A DNA stretch of 64,000 nt, taken from contig WRFU01000001.1 of the NCBI GenBank assembly GCA_009778675.1, positions 797-64,796 on the forward strand. The letters are read 5' to 3'. Below the pieces are notes generated by a model. The model was given only the letters and a program-made list of their open reading frames with translations, was not told where the DNA came from and did not search any database. The DNA comes from Candidatus Saccharimonadota bacterium. GTDB lineage: Bacteria > Patescibacteriota > Saccharimonadia > Saccharimonadales > Saccharimonadaceae. The position numbers and the translations under genes are program-made. Numbering within the stretch: position 1 is the stretch's first letter; each line of letters begins with the position of its first letter. Shown piece after piece: positions 62,482 to 64,000 of the stretch.

Positions 62482-64000
62482 ATGAGTGTGCAATTAACAC
62501 CAACGGCGTTGCGCAGGCTTAACAAATTGGCTGAAGGCGGCGAAGCGATAATCTACGATTATAAACCAGATAAGGTAGTTAAAGTTTTCGGCTCAAAGGC
62601 CAACCTAAACCATAAGCAAGCCAAAGTTGAAAGATTGCTAAAGGCTAAGCTGCCAACTGAAGTAGTTTTGCCAAACGACACCTTGCTAATGAATGGCCAT
62701 TTCAATGGTTATGTAATGGCTAAAGTTGCCGGTGAGGCTGTTCACCAGCTGACCAAACGTAAATTTCTACAGATTAATCGGCTTAACAATAAAGCAGTTT
62801 TAGGGCTAACTCTACAGATCAGCAAAGTCCTGGATATTCTGCATCAACACGGTGTGGTGGTAGGTGATATCAGTGACTATAATATTTTGTTTGAACCGGG
62901 TAAACAACTGCAGCCACGATTTATTGATGTAGATAGCTGGGGGATCGGTGGCCTATCACCTGATGCTTTTACTGAAGGGTTTATGCCAACTGAAGCTTAT
63001 CTAAAAAACGGTATGCAGCTTAACGCCAACACTGACTTGTTCGGTTTTGGTGTGTTAGCTTTTAACTTGCTGAGCACCATACATCCATTTAACGGGACTT
63101 TAAAAAGTTCCCCCAATATGACAACTATGGAGCGAATTAGGCATCATGCTTCGGTACTTGGGACTAATAAAATTATAATTCCTAAAATGGTACCATCATG
63201 GCAATGGTTGTCGCCCGACTTACAAAATGCTTTTTTGCAAATTTTTGAACAAGATGTTAGATCCAGCTTAGTATCAGTGTTAGAAGATCAGTTGCAGCAT
63301 AGTAAATATTGTCGGTCACACAAATTGTACTACTATGATAAATATTCTGACTGCCCACTATGCAGTAGGTCAGCCAGGATTATCGCGGTGCCAGTAAAAG
63401 CGACAAGGCATCAGATTGCTATTAGTGTCATATTCGAAGCAGCCGATGTTGAACTACTGTTGAGTACCCATCATTATTTATCACGTAGTGGCCGCATTGT
63501 ACATATTTCTAGCCAACGTAGTGAGTTAGTGTGCTTTGGACACAAAGTGGAGTTTTCAGATGATGGCCAGTTAGCTTTTGTGGCTAGCCAAGATGCAGTG
63601 CAGGTTATTGATGATCAAGGTGCTCAAGTTGGCCTAGTAGAACGAGCTCATGGCAGCGATTTTAAAGTGATCAAACAGATGCTATATTACATTGATCGAT
63701 CGTATCAACTATGCAGTATTAAATTTAATCCTTTGGGTAATCAAAAATCTTGTTTGGCTTTAGCTTATCGACCACTATTCGGAGTTTCGGCTAAGGGGGA
63801 TATATGCGTAGTTTCGCGTTACCCAGGTAAATTGCAGGTGCAGATTAACCAGCATAATTTTGAGCTGGTTTGCCCTGACAAAATACAAGAATATGTGATT
63901 ACGCAAGATGGGTTAACTGGCAAATGGTTGTTTATCTACCGGTTGAATAATGGGAAATATCGTACGGTTGTATTTAGTAAAACAGCAATTGAATATGACC
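62482..64000 (+). CDS. Hanks-type Ser/Thr protein kinase with zinc-ribbon and repeat-rich C-terminal region (3' end beyond the window)
   Basis: Not in the track because it is edge-truncated. I translated all 506 codons and found no stop. Motifs: GGEAIIYDY...VVKVF, catalytic loop VVVGDISDYNILF, IDVDSWG, then CRSH...CPLC, then a beta-rich region. Confidence 0.7.
   Translation, partial: MSVQLTPTALRRLNKLAEGGEAIIYDYKPDKVVKVFGSKANLNHKQAKVERLLKAKLPTEVVLPNDTLLMNGHFNGYVMAKVAGEAVHQLTKRKFLQINRLNNKAVLGLTLQISKVLDILHQHGVVVGDISDYNILFEPGKQLQPRFIDVDSWGIGGLSPDAFTEGFMPTEAYLKNGMQLNANTDLFGFGVLAFNLLSTIHPFNGTLKSSPNMTTMERIRHHASVLGTNKIIIPKMVPSWQWLSPDLQNAFLQIFEQDVRSSLVSVLEDQLQHSKYCRSHKLYYYDKYSDCPLCSRSARIIAVPVKATRHQIAISVIFEAADVELLLSTHHYLSRSGRIVHISSQRSELVCFGHKVEFSDDGQLAFVASQDAVQVIDDQGAQVGLVERAHGSDFKVIKQMLYYIDRSYQLCSIKFNPLGNQKSCLALAYRPLFGVSAKGDICVVSRYPGKLQVQINQHNFELVCPDKIQEYVITQDGLTGKWLFIYRLNNGKYRTVVFSKTAIEYD

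Overview
This is a gene-dense bacterial chromosome segment with about 60 CDS, 5 tRNAs, no rRNA and the standard genetic code. The content looks like a reduced Gram-positive-type genome, plausibly a Patescibacteria/CPR lineage such as Saccharibacteria; this is inference only. It rests on VirB4/VirB6/PrgI-like type IV secretion genes beside an array of small two-helix VirB2-like pilins, an LPXTG-type surface protein, FemAB/MurE wall genes, ThyX, and many short secreted or membrane hypotheticals. Housekeeping genes are valS, argS, groES-groEL behind a CIRCE operator, dnaG-rpoD, tsaD, thyX, rlmH, murE, mscL, four tRNA-Ser isoacceptors and a tRNA-Arg(GCG). Accessory and unusual content, in rough order of interest: (1) a tightly coupled Ubl + minimal E1 + JAMM peptidase cassette at 27.6-30.4 kb, whose fourth gene is a membrane-anchored coiled-coil protein with an E2-like C-terminal domain; the cassette is bracketed by about 30-bp direct repeats. 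(2) An ORF-free transcription unit of about 0.9 kb at 43.9-44.8 kb, with a consensus promoter and an intrinsic terminator, containing five tandem ~94-nt hairpin repeats that show compensatory and G-U changes. (3) A vWA-PP2C-kinase (TerY-P-like) triad at the right edge, preceded by a nicotinamidase-like gene under twin palindromic operators. (4) Two palindromic elements inserted in frame in tsaD. (5) A sigma-factor gene interrupted at a G9 tract. (6) Many operon-leading genes whose ATG lies 6-8 nt after an extended -10, which suggests leaderless mRNAs. (7) A DnaG whose four zinc ligands are all substituted. Two type II TA pairs (VapBC-like, RelBE-like) and a GIY-YIG gene embedded in hairpin repeats are also present. 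All functions are inferred from motifs read by eye; no database search was run.
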